Shown here piece by piece: positions 35,604 through 47,049 of a DNA stretch of 64,000 nucleotides. The notes under the pieces are model-generated. The model made no database searches, was not told the DNA's origin, and saw only the letters and a program-made list of their open reading frames with translations. The stretch is from contig NC_091291.1 of the NCBI RefSeq assembly GCF_032444005.1, positions 109,864,001 to 109,928,000 of the forward strand. The letters run 5' to 3'. The DNA comes from Ranitomeya imitator. Its lineage: Eukaryota. The translations under genes were made by a program, and so were the position numbers. Position 1 is the first letter of the stretch. Every line of letters begins with the position of its first letter.

Positions 35604-37789
35604 TGGTACCCTTTTCTGAGGCTCAGTGACATTGTCATGTTGGCTTACAAATGTACAGCCGGGCAGTTCCTAGAATACGTCTGTATTCTGCTGCACTAAT
35701 TTCCAAGCTTCTCGTTGCTGTTGTTTACAGAGAACATCCTTTATCTTTACCTCATTCCCGGCCTCGAATCCGTGTCAGAGGGTCCAAGGTAGATACGACC
35801 GGAGTCACGACTGTAGCAGATTTACATGATATAGATCCTCTTCCCCGGCTCATATACACTGTAACTAACCCAGCCTTTTCTTGGACTTCATATCGCCCTT
35901 GCCACTGGGCCATGAACTTAATTCTCTGCGGTGGGCACCAAAACTCTGCACGCCATCTTTTTCTCAGATCTGGTGTGCAGAGCGGTTGTGTGCTGCCTGA
36001 ATGAGAGTAAAATCATTGCTGGCCAGTGCAATCCTCCTGCATCTGTGTCATATCGAAACATGCATTGGGGCTAGCACCAACAAGCTGGTGCCATTTCAGC
36101 AGGAGGAACAAATGGTAAAGATCAGTTTTGACTTTTGATTCATTTACTGATCTTTATATAAGTGCCTTTATTTTCTGACCACAGTCTTATTTATTTTGCT
36201 GCCTAAGACAATTTTTCTGCTGCCATCTTTTCCTTTTCTCATTTATTTAATAACCTTTGTTCTTCATATATCTACATTGATTGCATTCAATCCCACCTAC
36301 CATCTCCTCATGTTGTATTTGTCGCCCTCTAGTGTTTTCCCTATTTTAAACATTTGTCTTTTATCTATTGTCTGTATTTATTTTAATAAACTTATATTTA
36401 TACTTCTCTCCGCTTACACGCCCCCGGAATAAGCTGGCGGCTTAACGTGCGTCGGGGTGAGGGGACGCCACAAGCAGTACTTCTTATAGGTAATTACCTT
36501 CTCCATGATAATAATAATCATAATAATAGTTTTATTTATATAGCGCCAACATATTCCGCAGCACTTTACAAATTATAGAGGGGACTTGTACAGACAGTAG
36601 ACATTACAGCATAACAGAAATCACAGTTCAAAATGGATACCAAGAGGAATGAGGGCCCTGCTCGCAAGCTTACAAACTATGAGGAAAAGGGGAGCCACGA
36701 GAGGTGGATGGTAACAATTGCTTTAGTTATTCGGACCAGCCATAGTGTATGTGTCCACCTTCAGGATGGCCGGCGGTTTGGCCGGAGCGGCAATCCCGCT
36801 CTGTGCTAAGCTCCGCCCTCTTCTGTGACGCGATGATGCCGGATGTGTTCACAGCACACATCCGGGATCATCGCACCCCACACATAGGGCCCTGTGTTAT
36901 ACCTTGTGGCGGCGCAGCGTCGTCGCAAGGTATACGGACATGCGGCGATCTTAAAAGACGTGCCGCATGTCCGGAGTCGCAGGGCCGCCGGATGCGTGTT
37001 ACCACGCATAGTGGAGACGGGATTTCATAAAATCCCCTCCACTATGCTGTAACATCTGGACGCTGCGTGTTTGCGTCTCTATGCAGCGTCAAGTGGGAGG
37101 CCGATTAGTAGAGAGTTACAATAGTCCAGACGAGAATGAATAAGTGAAACAGTAAGAGTTTTTGCGAATTCTAGAAATGTTTTTGAGATGCAAATAAGTA
37201 GAAGATAATGATAATAAGTATATCTACATGTAGATAGGCTATCCTTACTGGGTAATGTATAGAGGCTTTGATTTAGCTATTTTCTGCCTATCTGTTTTGC
37301 TCCTATCTCACCTCAGTTAGGGGCATATTACTATTATTTTTTGATCTTTGTTGATTTCAATCTGAATGCATGTTTACTATCTTTGCTTATCATAGAGTTG
37401 CAACTTTATTTTGAGAGAATTATTTGATTTATTTGGTAGCAGTTGTTTTTTATACCAATATGTGTTTACTAGTAGTGTTGAGCCACCCCCCTAGTGTTCG
37501 TGTTCGGTTCGTCGAATTGGGGCGTGTTTGACGAATGTTCGTCGAATGTTCGACGAACCCCATTGAAACCAATGGCAGGCAAACACAAACACATACAAAC
37601 ACATAGAAAACACTTTAAAAGGTGTCCAAAAGCTGACAAACTTTTCAGAAGACACAACAAACACATGGAAAAGTCACACCTACATATAGTCATTCGAAAA
37701 GAAAAGAGGTGGAGGAGTAAAAGGAGGAGGAGACATAGATATAGGCATGTCATGCCCTTCTAAAATCAAGAAAGGCTGGAGTAAAAATC

Positions 37790-38335
37790 TAAAATCACCC
37801 AACCAACACCCAGACGTCGTGACAAAAAAATTTAAAAAAGAAATATCTTTAGGTAGAATGGCGGCGGGTCCATTCAGAACTCTTTCCTTAGAAGACATAG
37901 TGGTATCCCCGTTGGGAGTCGTGGCAAAAAAGGAACCCAATACACTCAGACTAATCCACCATTTGTCATATCCAAGGGGCAGGTCAGTAAACGACAACAT
38001 CGACGTGGAGCCAAGTACAGTACTATGTACTCTACCTCCTTTGACGAGGCAGTCATGTGGGTCAAGAAGTTGGGAAGGGGATCCCTAATGGCCAAAACAG
38101 ACATTGAGGGGGAGTTCCGGTTACTACCTGTGCCTCCGAATAGTGTCCTTCCATTGGGCTGCTTCTGTGAAGGAGCATACTACACAGATCGCTGTTTGCC
38201 CATGGGGTGCTCCATATTCGGCTCACTATTTGAGGCGTTTAGTTGCTTCCTCGAATGGGTCGTCATGGATGTTTCTAAGGGGGCACATATTATCCATTAC
38301 CTTGACGACTTCTTATGCCTGAGCCCAAAAGATTT
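37790..38335 (+). mobile_element. DIRS/Ngaro-type reverse transcriptase fragment
   Basis: GRMAAGPF, RLIHHLSYPRGRSVND, MAKTDIEGEFRLLPV, DRCLPMGCS, IIHYLDDFL across a frameshift. Confidence 0.8.
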
Positions 38336-38449
38336 GCCACAAAAAGATTCGCCACAGTGTGAATACACGCAGTAGTCCACCTGTGAGAAGGAGAGAGCTA
38401 GAGGGAGAGCGGACACCCCAGAGCCGAGGGGTTAGATTGAGAAAGGAAG

Positions 38450-39600
38450 AAGGTGGTGTAGCTTGCTTCATTGGTGGGGCACTCTGCTGAGTAGCAGAAA
38501 TTGCTACTAGGCCCAAAAGTATTGCCTGGGCTAGATGCAGTTAAAAATTATTACTTAGATAAACAGGCAGTGTAGCTTGCTTCATGGGTGGGGTACTCTG
38601 CTGAGTAGCACAAAATTCTACTAGGCCCAAAAGTATTGCCTGGGCTAGATGCAGTTAAAAATTAGTACTTAGATAAACAGGAGGTGTAGCTTGCTTCATG
38701 GGTGGGGTGCTCTGCTGAGTAGCACAAACTGTTACTAGGCCCAAAAGGATGTCCTGGGCTAGATGCAGTTAAAAAGTATTACTTAGATAAACAGGCGGTG
38801 TAGCTTGCTTCATGGGTGGGGTACTCTGCTGAGTAGCACAGAATTCTACTAGGCCCAAAAGTATTTCCTGGGCTAGATGCAGTTAAAAATTAGTTCTTAG
38901 GTAAACAGGCGGTGTAGCTTGCTTCATGGGTGGGGTACTCTGCTGAGTAGCACAAAATGCTACTAGGCCCAAAAGGATTTCCTGGGCTAAATGCAGTTAA
39001 AAATTAGTACTTAGGTAATCAGGCGGTGTAGCTTGCTTCATGGGTGGGATACTCTGCTGAGTAGCACAGAATTCTACTAGGCCAGTGTTTCTCAACTCCA
39101 GTCCTCAAGACCCCAAAACAGGTCATGTTTTCAGGATTTCCTTAGTACTGCACAGGTGATAATTGCATCACCTGGAAAGGCAAGCATTCAATCTCCTGTG
39201 CAATACTAAGGAAATCCTGAAAACATGACCTGTTGTGGGGTCTTGAGGACTGGAGTTGAGAAACACTCTACTAGGCCCAAAAGGATTTCCTGGGCTAGAT
39301 GCAGTTAAAAATTTGTACTTAGGTAAACAGGTGGTGTAGCTTGCTTCATGGGTGGGGTACTCTGCTGAGTAGCACAAAATGCTACTAGGCCCAAAAGGAT
39401 TTCCTGGGTTAGATGCAGTAAAAAATTAGTACTTAGGTAAACAGATGGTGTAGCTTGCTTCATGGGTGGTGTACTCTGCTGAGTAGCACAAAATGCTACT
39501 AGGCCCAAAAGGATTTCCTGGGCTAGATGCAGTTAAAAAAATAGTACTTACGTAAACAGGCGGTGTAGCTTGCTTCATGGGTGGGCTACTCTGCTGACTA
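38450..39600. repeat. 114-bp tandem repeat, about 9-10 units
   Basis: GTGTAGCTTGCTTCATGGGTGGGG recurs at 38456, 38570, 38684 and onward. Confidence 0.9.
39083..39268. mobile_element. hAT MITE, 8-bp TSD
   Basis: CAGTGTTTCTCAACTCCAGTCCTCAAG TIR, TACTAGGC duplicated. Confidence 0.85.
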
Positions 39601-41679
39601 GCAGACACTGAAGCTTTGGAGCAGACCTCTGAATCTCAGGCCATAGTATGAGTAAACAACTCTGCAGATGACCCCACCCACCTGGAATTGACGATGGCAA
39701 CGTCATGTAAAACACAGCAAGGGGACTCCAAAAAGACTCTCCATTTTTCCCCAAAATTCGGCCACAGACACCACTTAAGTGGCATCAATTTCGCCAGAGT
39801 TTTTTAAAACGGTTGGAGAGGTGATTTTCAAAAATCATCAAGCTTTTAGTCTCCTCAGGATGACACAGGGGTAGAAAAGTCCTTGCAGATCCAGGATTTG
39901 TTCATCTTTATGAACGTTAGTCTGTCTACATTGTCACTGGACAGCCGCGTGTGCTTATCTGTGAGCACACCACCAGCAGCACTGAACACACATTCAGAGA
40001 GAACGATGGCTGCGGGGCACGACAAGATCTCCAAGGCGTGATTGGCGAGCTCAGGCCATTTTTCAAGATTGGAAACCCAAAATGAACAAGGGTCCAGTTC
40101 CACAGTAATGGCATCGATGTTATCTTGAAGATACTCCTGTACCATCCTCTCTAGGCGTTGGCTGTGCGTCAGACTTCTTGTCTCCTGTGGCCTTGCAAAG
40201 GATGGTCTAAAAAATTCTTGAAATGATTGGAAAAGATTGCTGTTACCACCACATGCGATGTTACTGTTACGGTTTGAGTGATGACTCGATAGTCCCACGG
40301 TTGGCAAGTTAGAACTCAGAGATTCACTACGTGCACCACTGGTGTTTTGTGGAAAAGCAGATGTGCACCACTGGTGTTTTGTGGAAAAGCAGATGTAAGA
40401 TTATGTAACAGTCTCTGCTGATACTCCTGCATGCGCAAATCCCTTTCTATGGCAGGAATTATTTTGCCAAATTTACTTTTGTACCGGGGATCTAAGAGTG
40501 TGGGAACCCAGTAGTCGGCATTACTTCAGATTCTGACAATCCGAGGGTCATGTTGCAGGTAGTGCAGCAAGAAGGCACTCATGTGTCTTGCACATCCAGG
40601 AGGACCAAGTCCTTGTTGTCTTGGTGGCGGCGAGGAGAGAATCATGCTTCCTTCCTCTGCCCTCTCCCCCCAACCGCGCACAACAGAAATTTGATCAAGG
40701 TCTGCCTCATCTGATGAGTCTTCCATGCCCAGCGCCAGTTCGTCCTCCACTTTTTCCTTGCCTCCTGCACCTTCCTCAACAGTTTGGCTGCTACCATGCG
40801 CCCTCCGTAATCCCTCTCCCACAGCCTCCAATGTCAGCCACCTTGGTGCTGCTGACCGTCTGGACCTTGGAGATATTATCCCTTCCGCATACGACTCCTC
40901 CTGTTCCTCCTCCTCCTCCTTGTTCCACCATCTGACTCCGAATACTGTTTAAGGTGTGCTCCAGCATGTAATCACCGGAATAGTCATGCTGATAATGGCA
41001 TCGTCAGCACTAAACATCTTTGTCACTATTTCAAAACTGTACAGAAGGGTGCATAGGTCCCTGATCTGAGACCACTCCTGCAGCGTGATTTGCCCCACCT
41101 CTGGATCTCATTGGCCCAGGCTGTACATCATAACATATTGCACCAGGGCTCGTTGGTGCTGCCACAGTCGCTGCAACACGTGCAGCGTTAAATTCCACCA
41201 TGTGGGCACATCGCATTTCAGCCGGTGAACTGGCAGGCCCATCGACTTCTGTAGAGATGTAAGTCATTGAGCTGCGGGATGCAAACGGCGGAAGTGAGCA
41301 CACAGCGACCGTGCCCTCTGCAGAAACCCATCTAGTCCGGGATACTTGGATAAAAATAGCTGGACAATCAGGTTCAAAACGTGAGCCATACAAGGCACGT
41401 GTGTGACATTGCCCCGGCGAAGGGCCGCACCCTGGTTTGCAACATTGTTGCACACGGCCTTCCCTGGCTGCAGGTTGAGTGGAGCAACCATTGATGGAAG
41501 TCGGTATCCAGAGCTGACCACAACTCAGCTGTGCGGCTCACATTTCCCAGATATTTCAAGGTAAACACTGCCTGATGCCATTGAGCCCTGGTGACAGCAT
41601 AGTAAGGAGGTGTGCAGGATTCCTTCTGCGCAGTTAAAACGCGGGTGGCATTACCAGACAGGCTTTGGGTGCAAGTGGT

Positions 41680-41965
41680 ACACTTGTTGGAAAAGGTAGA
41701 TTTTCAGGTTCCTGTTGAAGGTTTCCATGGTAGGTGAGAGTCTGGTTTGTTGTGATAGAGAGAAATCTTGTATGTGATTGTGGGAAGAGGAGATAAGAGG
41801 GGAGTAGAGAAGGAGATCTTGTGAGGATCGGAGTTTGCGTGCAGGAAAGTACCGGGAGATGAGGTCACAGATGTATGGAGGCTTGTGGATGGCTTTGTAT
41901 GTCATGGTTAGGGTTTTGAACTACAATCACTGGCCAATGGGGAGCCATTGCAAGGATTGACAGAG
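41680..41965 (-). mobile_element. L2 LINE ORF2 C-terminal fragment
   Basis: TYKAIH...PPYICDLISRY...LRSSQDLLL...IQDFS...ETFNRNLK. Confidence 0.7.
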
Positions 41966-42229
41966 AGGTATGGTATTAGTGTAGGGAATATCCCTGAAAT
42001 TGTTTTATACAAACTTTTTCTTTTTTTTCTTTGTTTTTACTTCTAACAATTTTTCTTTTCATTTTTATTTTTCTAAGTGTTTCTTCGAAATTTTTACCTT
42101 TTTTTCCCTCTGCATTTTATAGTGAATTTAATAATAAATAATACCCTTTACACAAGCCCCACACAATACACATGTAAAAGCACCACTTACACACACAAGA
42201 CCTTACTGGTTAGAAGAATAAAATTAAAA

Positions 42230-43395
42230 TGGCCCATTCGTCATCGAGACGCTATTCATCACAGGAGGCCTACGCTTTCCTTGCCTCTGACATGGATTCA
42301 GTCAGTGAGGAAGATCTCACATCCTCTATTCCTCTTGCTCAATGAGGAGGGATCCCCAGCCAGGCAATCTGAACTTTCGTCTATATAAAATTCGGACAGT
42401 AGTTGACCACTTCAGTAGAAAATTTGCTGAGGCGTACACACCCCAAAGGGACATCGCTAGATGAATCTCTGGTACATTTCGCAGTGAGGCTAAAATTCCA
42501 ACAGTACTTGCCCAGTAAGACGACCAGGTATGGAATGAAACTGTACAGGCTGTGTGAGAGTACCTCAGGGTACACCCACAGATTTATGGTCTACGTGGGA
42601 AAGGACACCCACATTAACCCCCCTGAATTCCCCCTGTCCTGGAGGTGACTGTGACAAATTGTGTGGGAATTGCTGCACCCTCTGATAGATAAGGGTTAAC
42701 ACCTCTACATAGATAACTTTTACACCCGAAACCCGCTCTACAACATCCTCTCTGCCAGATGCCTCCCTAAGACACTAATGGACAACTGTCGAGAAAGGCT
42801 GAAAGCAGATCCCATTGCAGTGACAACATGCTGGTGGTCAAGAACAAGGACAAGAGGGATGTTCTTATCTTGGCCACCATACACTGTGAGAAGAGCTTCG
42901 TTGTCACTGTCTGAGGTACCACAACAAGTACCAAAGCTAGATTGTATCTTGGATCACAATCGGTGCATGGGGGTGTAGATTTCCCAAATCAGGTCCTCAA
43001 ACCATACCGTGCCATGCGAAAAGTAAAGTTGTGGTACAGAAAGCTGGCTGTTCACAGTGTACAGATGGCACTGTACAATGCTTTTGTGCTGTTCCGATCT
43101 GCAGGCAATACAGGGACCTTCCTTCAGTTTCAGGAGGTAGTCCTCAAGGCCCTAATGGAAGGTGAGGGTCCCAGTACTTCGGAAACTGATAGTTTCTGTA
43201 TTGTTCCAGGTCAACATTTCCCTGAACTGGTTCACCAAACACAGATGTAGGGAACAACACAAAAACAGAGCAGAGTATGCTCCTCTAAGAGGGGAATCCA
43301 AAAGGACACAGTTTACCATTGTGAAACCTGCCCTGTGAATCCTGGCCTTTGCATTAAGGATTGCTTCACAGCGTACCACTCCTCCACAAATTGAT
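42230..43395 (+). mobile_element. Degenerate piggyBac (PGBD4-like) transposase
   Basis: SLDESLVHF...YLPSKTTRYGMKLYRLCES, LYIDNFYT, WYRKLAVH...ALYNAFVL, C-terminal CETC...GLCIKDCF cysteine-rich domain; several frameshifts. Confidence 0.88.
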
Positions 43396-43549
43396 AACAT
43401 TTGTTTTTACCCTGTTGACGCAACACAGTTTTATAGTCTGATGTACTCTGCACAACTTACACATAACCCCCAATTATAAATTCACACACCAGTAAAACCA
43501 AAAGCATAACAGATAGAGACATACCCCAAGCCACTTGCAGCTGTAATCG

Positions 43550-43797
43550 CAGCAAAAGGTGGCGCAACAAAGTATTAAATTAAAGGGGCCGAATAATATT
43601 GCACGCCCCTCTTTTCAGTTCTTGAATTTCCACAAAAATTTAAAATAACCCGTAAATTTCATTCAACTTCACAATTGTTTTCCACTTGTTGTTAATTCTT
43701 CACCAAAAATTTACATTTGGCATCTTTATGTTTGAAGCTTGATATGTGGGAAAAGGTTGAAAAGTTCCAGGGGGCCGAATACTTTCACAAGGCACTG

Positions 43798-43798
<1 letters not shown>
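43550..43798. mobile_element. Tc1 terminal inverted-repeat fragment
   Basis: Ends GGGGCCGAATACTTTCACAAGGCACTG|TA. Confidence 0.65.
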
Positions 43799-43835
<37 letters not shown>

Positions 43836-44046
43836 TTGGTGATTTGATTACATATATACCATGTATATATATAGATTTAGTAATTGGTGATTTCATGACA
43901 TCTGTACCATACAATTGTATATTAATGAAATGTTTGGGAAGTGATACATTGCACAGAAACTAAAAATGCTCCAAAGTCACAGGTTGCAGATAAGGATTCC
44001 AATCCCGTCATTGAGTTTGCTTTGCATTCTTCTTGTCACTGGTTTA

Positions 44047-44172
44047 TCACATAGGCCAACTACTTCTTGTCTGTGTCATTGAGGCAGATGAGATGGCTGC
44101 TGTGGAGTCAGGAGGGACATCTCTGCTGGTATCAGATACGGCTGAGGACGTGGTTTGATAGATGACCACACT
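44047..44172 (-). CDS. MS4A: MS4A gene C, last coding exon (SVVIYQTT...TRSSWPM*)
   Basis: Acceptor ttttatttcag|AGT; 41 codons + TGA. Confidence 0.87.
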   Translation of the reverse strand, partial: SVVIYQTTSSAVSDTSRDVPPDSTAAISSASMTQTRSSWPM

Positions 44173-45000
44173 CTGAAATAAAAGACATTTTTGTGGAACG
44201 GAAGTAGAACAATCTTTAATTCTCTTTAACAAAGCAAGAAAGTAATTTTATTTTTAAATTATTGTTTAGTCTTTGAGAAGTTCTGACACATTGTAATGTA
44301 CTCCATAACCTTATCTTGCTCCCTTTTCTCTCAAACTCCATGCTGAAAGTGCTGTTTTATCTGCCTATTTCATACCCTGAGAGCAGGTTTGGACTGAAGG
44401 CCGAGCAGATATCTGTCCACCTGTGCGAGATTCTGTTCTGTTTCCCTCTCTCCTGCTTAGACGATTTACTATCCCTCTCGCTGAGAGTCTGAGCAAGAGG
44501 GAGGTGAACAGAGAAGCTCACACAGAAGTACAGAAATTTACTAAACCTGAGGTTCAAAACAGCTTCACTCAGTGCAGGAACAAGGCAGATAAAACAGCCT
44601 TTTCAGCATGAAGATTGACAAAAAAGGAAGAAAGATAAGGTAATCGGTACATTATAAAGATTCATAACTTTGCAAGGACCGATGAATAATTAAAGAAAGT
44701 TTAGGTACTTTTTTTAGTTTACTATGTAGAAAATTAATTGTGTTAACAACTATAAACAACATTTATCAAATTTAGTTTTTATTGATGATCATATATTTTC
44801 CTTTCCTTTTAGGACTTGGAGTGCACAAGGGTGTCAAACGGTGACTGGTCTGTGGGTCAGTAGAAAATTTTACCCTTTCAGATTTTTCTGTTCCCCCTTG
44901 TCTGTTCACAGCTTGTGACCCTACCCTCATAAAGACATCCAATCCGTAGTTTCAAATAGGTGGTCACTCGTATGAGGGATATGTGAGGTGGCCTCTTGTG

Positions 45001-45091
45001 TAGAGTTGAGCGACTTTTACTTTTTTAGGATCGAGTCTTTGCCAAAAGTCGCCGATTTTTGAAATTGTCCGATCCGTTTTGCTCAACCCTA
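45001..45091. mobile_element. 91-bp hAT micro-MITE, 8-bp TSD
   Basis: TAGAGTTGAGC...GCTCAACCCTA flanked by CTCTTGTG on both sides. Confidence 0.8.
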
Positions 45092-45310
45092 CTCTTGTGT
45101 GCGTGAGACCTAACATTGGTGAAAGTTACGTCAATTCCTTTTGGTGAGTAAAGTAGACTTGAGTTTAGCAAAAATATTCACAAGACCCGACCAAGAAAAT
45201 CCACAATGTCCTAGTCCAGCTGCCACAAAGTACCCAACATGAATGTCGCACCACAGTCGTGCAATTTTTTTTGCCCAATTCGAAAATAGACTGTAGAATT
45301 AACAACTTAC

Positions 45311-45430
45311 TATTTCTTGGAAAGACGATCGGCAGACAGTTTTGCAGGCAAACACACTTGTGGATATAGAGATGCAAAACATCAGCATAAAAAGTGTCAT
45401 ATTTAATGATAAGAAGCCATAATAGACATC
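45311..45430 (-). CDS. MS4A: MS4A gene C, TM4 exon (DVYYGFLSLNMTLFMLMFCISISTSVFACKTVCRSSFQEI)
   Basis: 120 nt, cttttag|GAT ... ATA|gtaagt. Confidence 0.92.
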
Positions 45431-45880
45431 CTAAAAGAGCAAAAAAAATAATTAGGGGATTTTTATCCAATCATTTATACACCTACAATGCAGATGAAAC
45501 TTAGTTTTTATTTGTAGTACATACAATGACATTTATTTGGGAGTACATACAATTTTTGATCGCTTTTTACAGCACTTTTTAGGGAGGTAAGGTGACCGAA
45601 AGAAAAACTGCAATTCAGGAATTTCAATTATTTTTCTGTTTATAGCATTTCTCGTAGGGGAGAATTCATTTTATAATTTTATAGTTCAGACTTTTATGGA
45701 TGCACCAATAATAAAAAATGTTTACTTTTGATAGTTTTAGATGTTCCTGGGAAAACTATGTACATATTACCGATTCTGAATGTGCTGCCCAAGCCCCATT
45801 TCATGATACTATTAGTATCCTACTAAAAAAAATCACATGACTGATTCCCTTTATTAGAATAACATGAATATGATTCTTAC

Positions 45881-46054
45881 CAAACCATAAAAGGCTCCTA
45901 AACATTCGGTATCACTTTTGTAATATGCACAATATGTCCAGTACAGGACCGATGAGTTTCTTTGTGATACCAGGATAAACTCAATTGAAGAAATTACAAT
46001 TCCACCAGCTGCGGCTAGAGAAGTGATAATGTGCATCACCAAGCTTGATGTTAC
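45881..46054 (-). CDS. MS4A: MS4A gene C, TM3-EC2 exon (VTSSLVMHII...YCAYYKSDTECLGAFYGL)
   Basis: 174 nt, gttttag|GTA ... TTG|gtaaga. Confidence 0.92.
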
Positions 46055-47049
46055 CTAAAACACAAAAAAACATTGATTGGGCTGCGTTTTTAAAAAGTTA
46101 TTCCTTACTTGGCAAATTATAACTTAGTATTTTTTGAGGTGTGATCCATCTATTGTCTATTGGACTGCTGGAAAAAGCTGAAATCTGCTCTGGAAATCCT
46201 ATAAAACATGAATATTCATTCTATAGCCCCTCATATACATGAGACTAATGTTTATACTTCGGCCAATTGTCTAATGTGTATGGAAGCCCGATACAATCGA
46301 TAGTCGGGACAGTTAAGGATCTGGTGGGTCTGATTTCAGACTGCCAATCCTTTGTTCTCCCTGTGATGATGTGACACCAGATTTGTCAGAGAACAGCTCT
46401 CTTAGCGAGAACATGAGCATTCGACAAAGTGATCTCTCCTGTGTTTGGGAGAGATGGCTGCCAGCTAAACCATTGTTTGCCCATTGGTGGTGTACAGGGG
46501 TGGGGGGGATTTACGGCCATTCCAGACCTCCAGCAGTCAGTCCAGTTGGGAATAGCCTATTAAGTGAATTATGGATAGGAATAAAAGGAAGTTGTAAGTA
46601 AAAAAAAAGATTGTTTGATCAAAACAACGCATATTCCTATGTCGTTTAAAAGGGTTACCTTCCTCTTCATAAATGGGTACTGTGGGATAGTGCTTGTAAA
46701 TATAAGAAATTTACCGCATTTTAACATTTTCAGCCATTCTTACAAAATTAAGTGATTCGCCATCTTTTGGTATTTTTTTTTTTACCTATTTGGTGCTTAG
46801 AATAATTTTTACAATTGGGTCTCATTAAAGATTTTGCACTGTCTGGCTTTTACAGGCTTTTTCTTTTCTTGTATATTTAACTTTGGCGTTGTCTGTGGTG
46901 ATAAAAAGTCATAAAATAATTATTAGGCAAACTGCCTCTTCAGAGAGGAAGTGCACTTGACCTCTATAGCGCCACCTCTTGGAAGCAATAATCACACAAG
47001 TTACTATTGACCCTTTAACGAGCCTTGCAATAGGGCTTGCAATAGGACC

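Larger units (their letters stand above)
37475..41680 (-). mobile_element. Degenerate hAT transposon with transposase remnants at ~39855-41570
   Basis: HVPCMAHVLNLIVQ (CxxH motif) and WPELANHALEILSCPAA...SECVFSAAGGVLTDKHTRLSSDNVDRLTFIKMN (hAT dimerisation domain); TAGTGTTGAGC-type terminus near 37475; outer boundaries approximate. Confidence 0.85.

Noticed and set aside
38450-39600. Regularly spaced repeats (also 26925-29545 and 53276-53495) as a CRISPR-like array
   Set aside because: Units are contiguous tandem copies without unique spacers; eukaryotic context, no cas genes
44150-44172. SVVIYQTT as an ITIM/ITAM signalling motif
   Set aside because: Lacks the hydrophobic residue at Y+3 and a second YxxL
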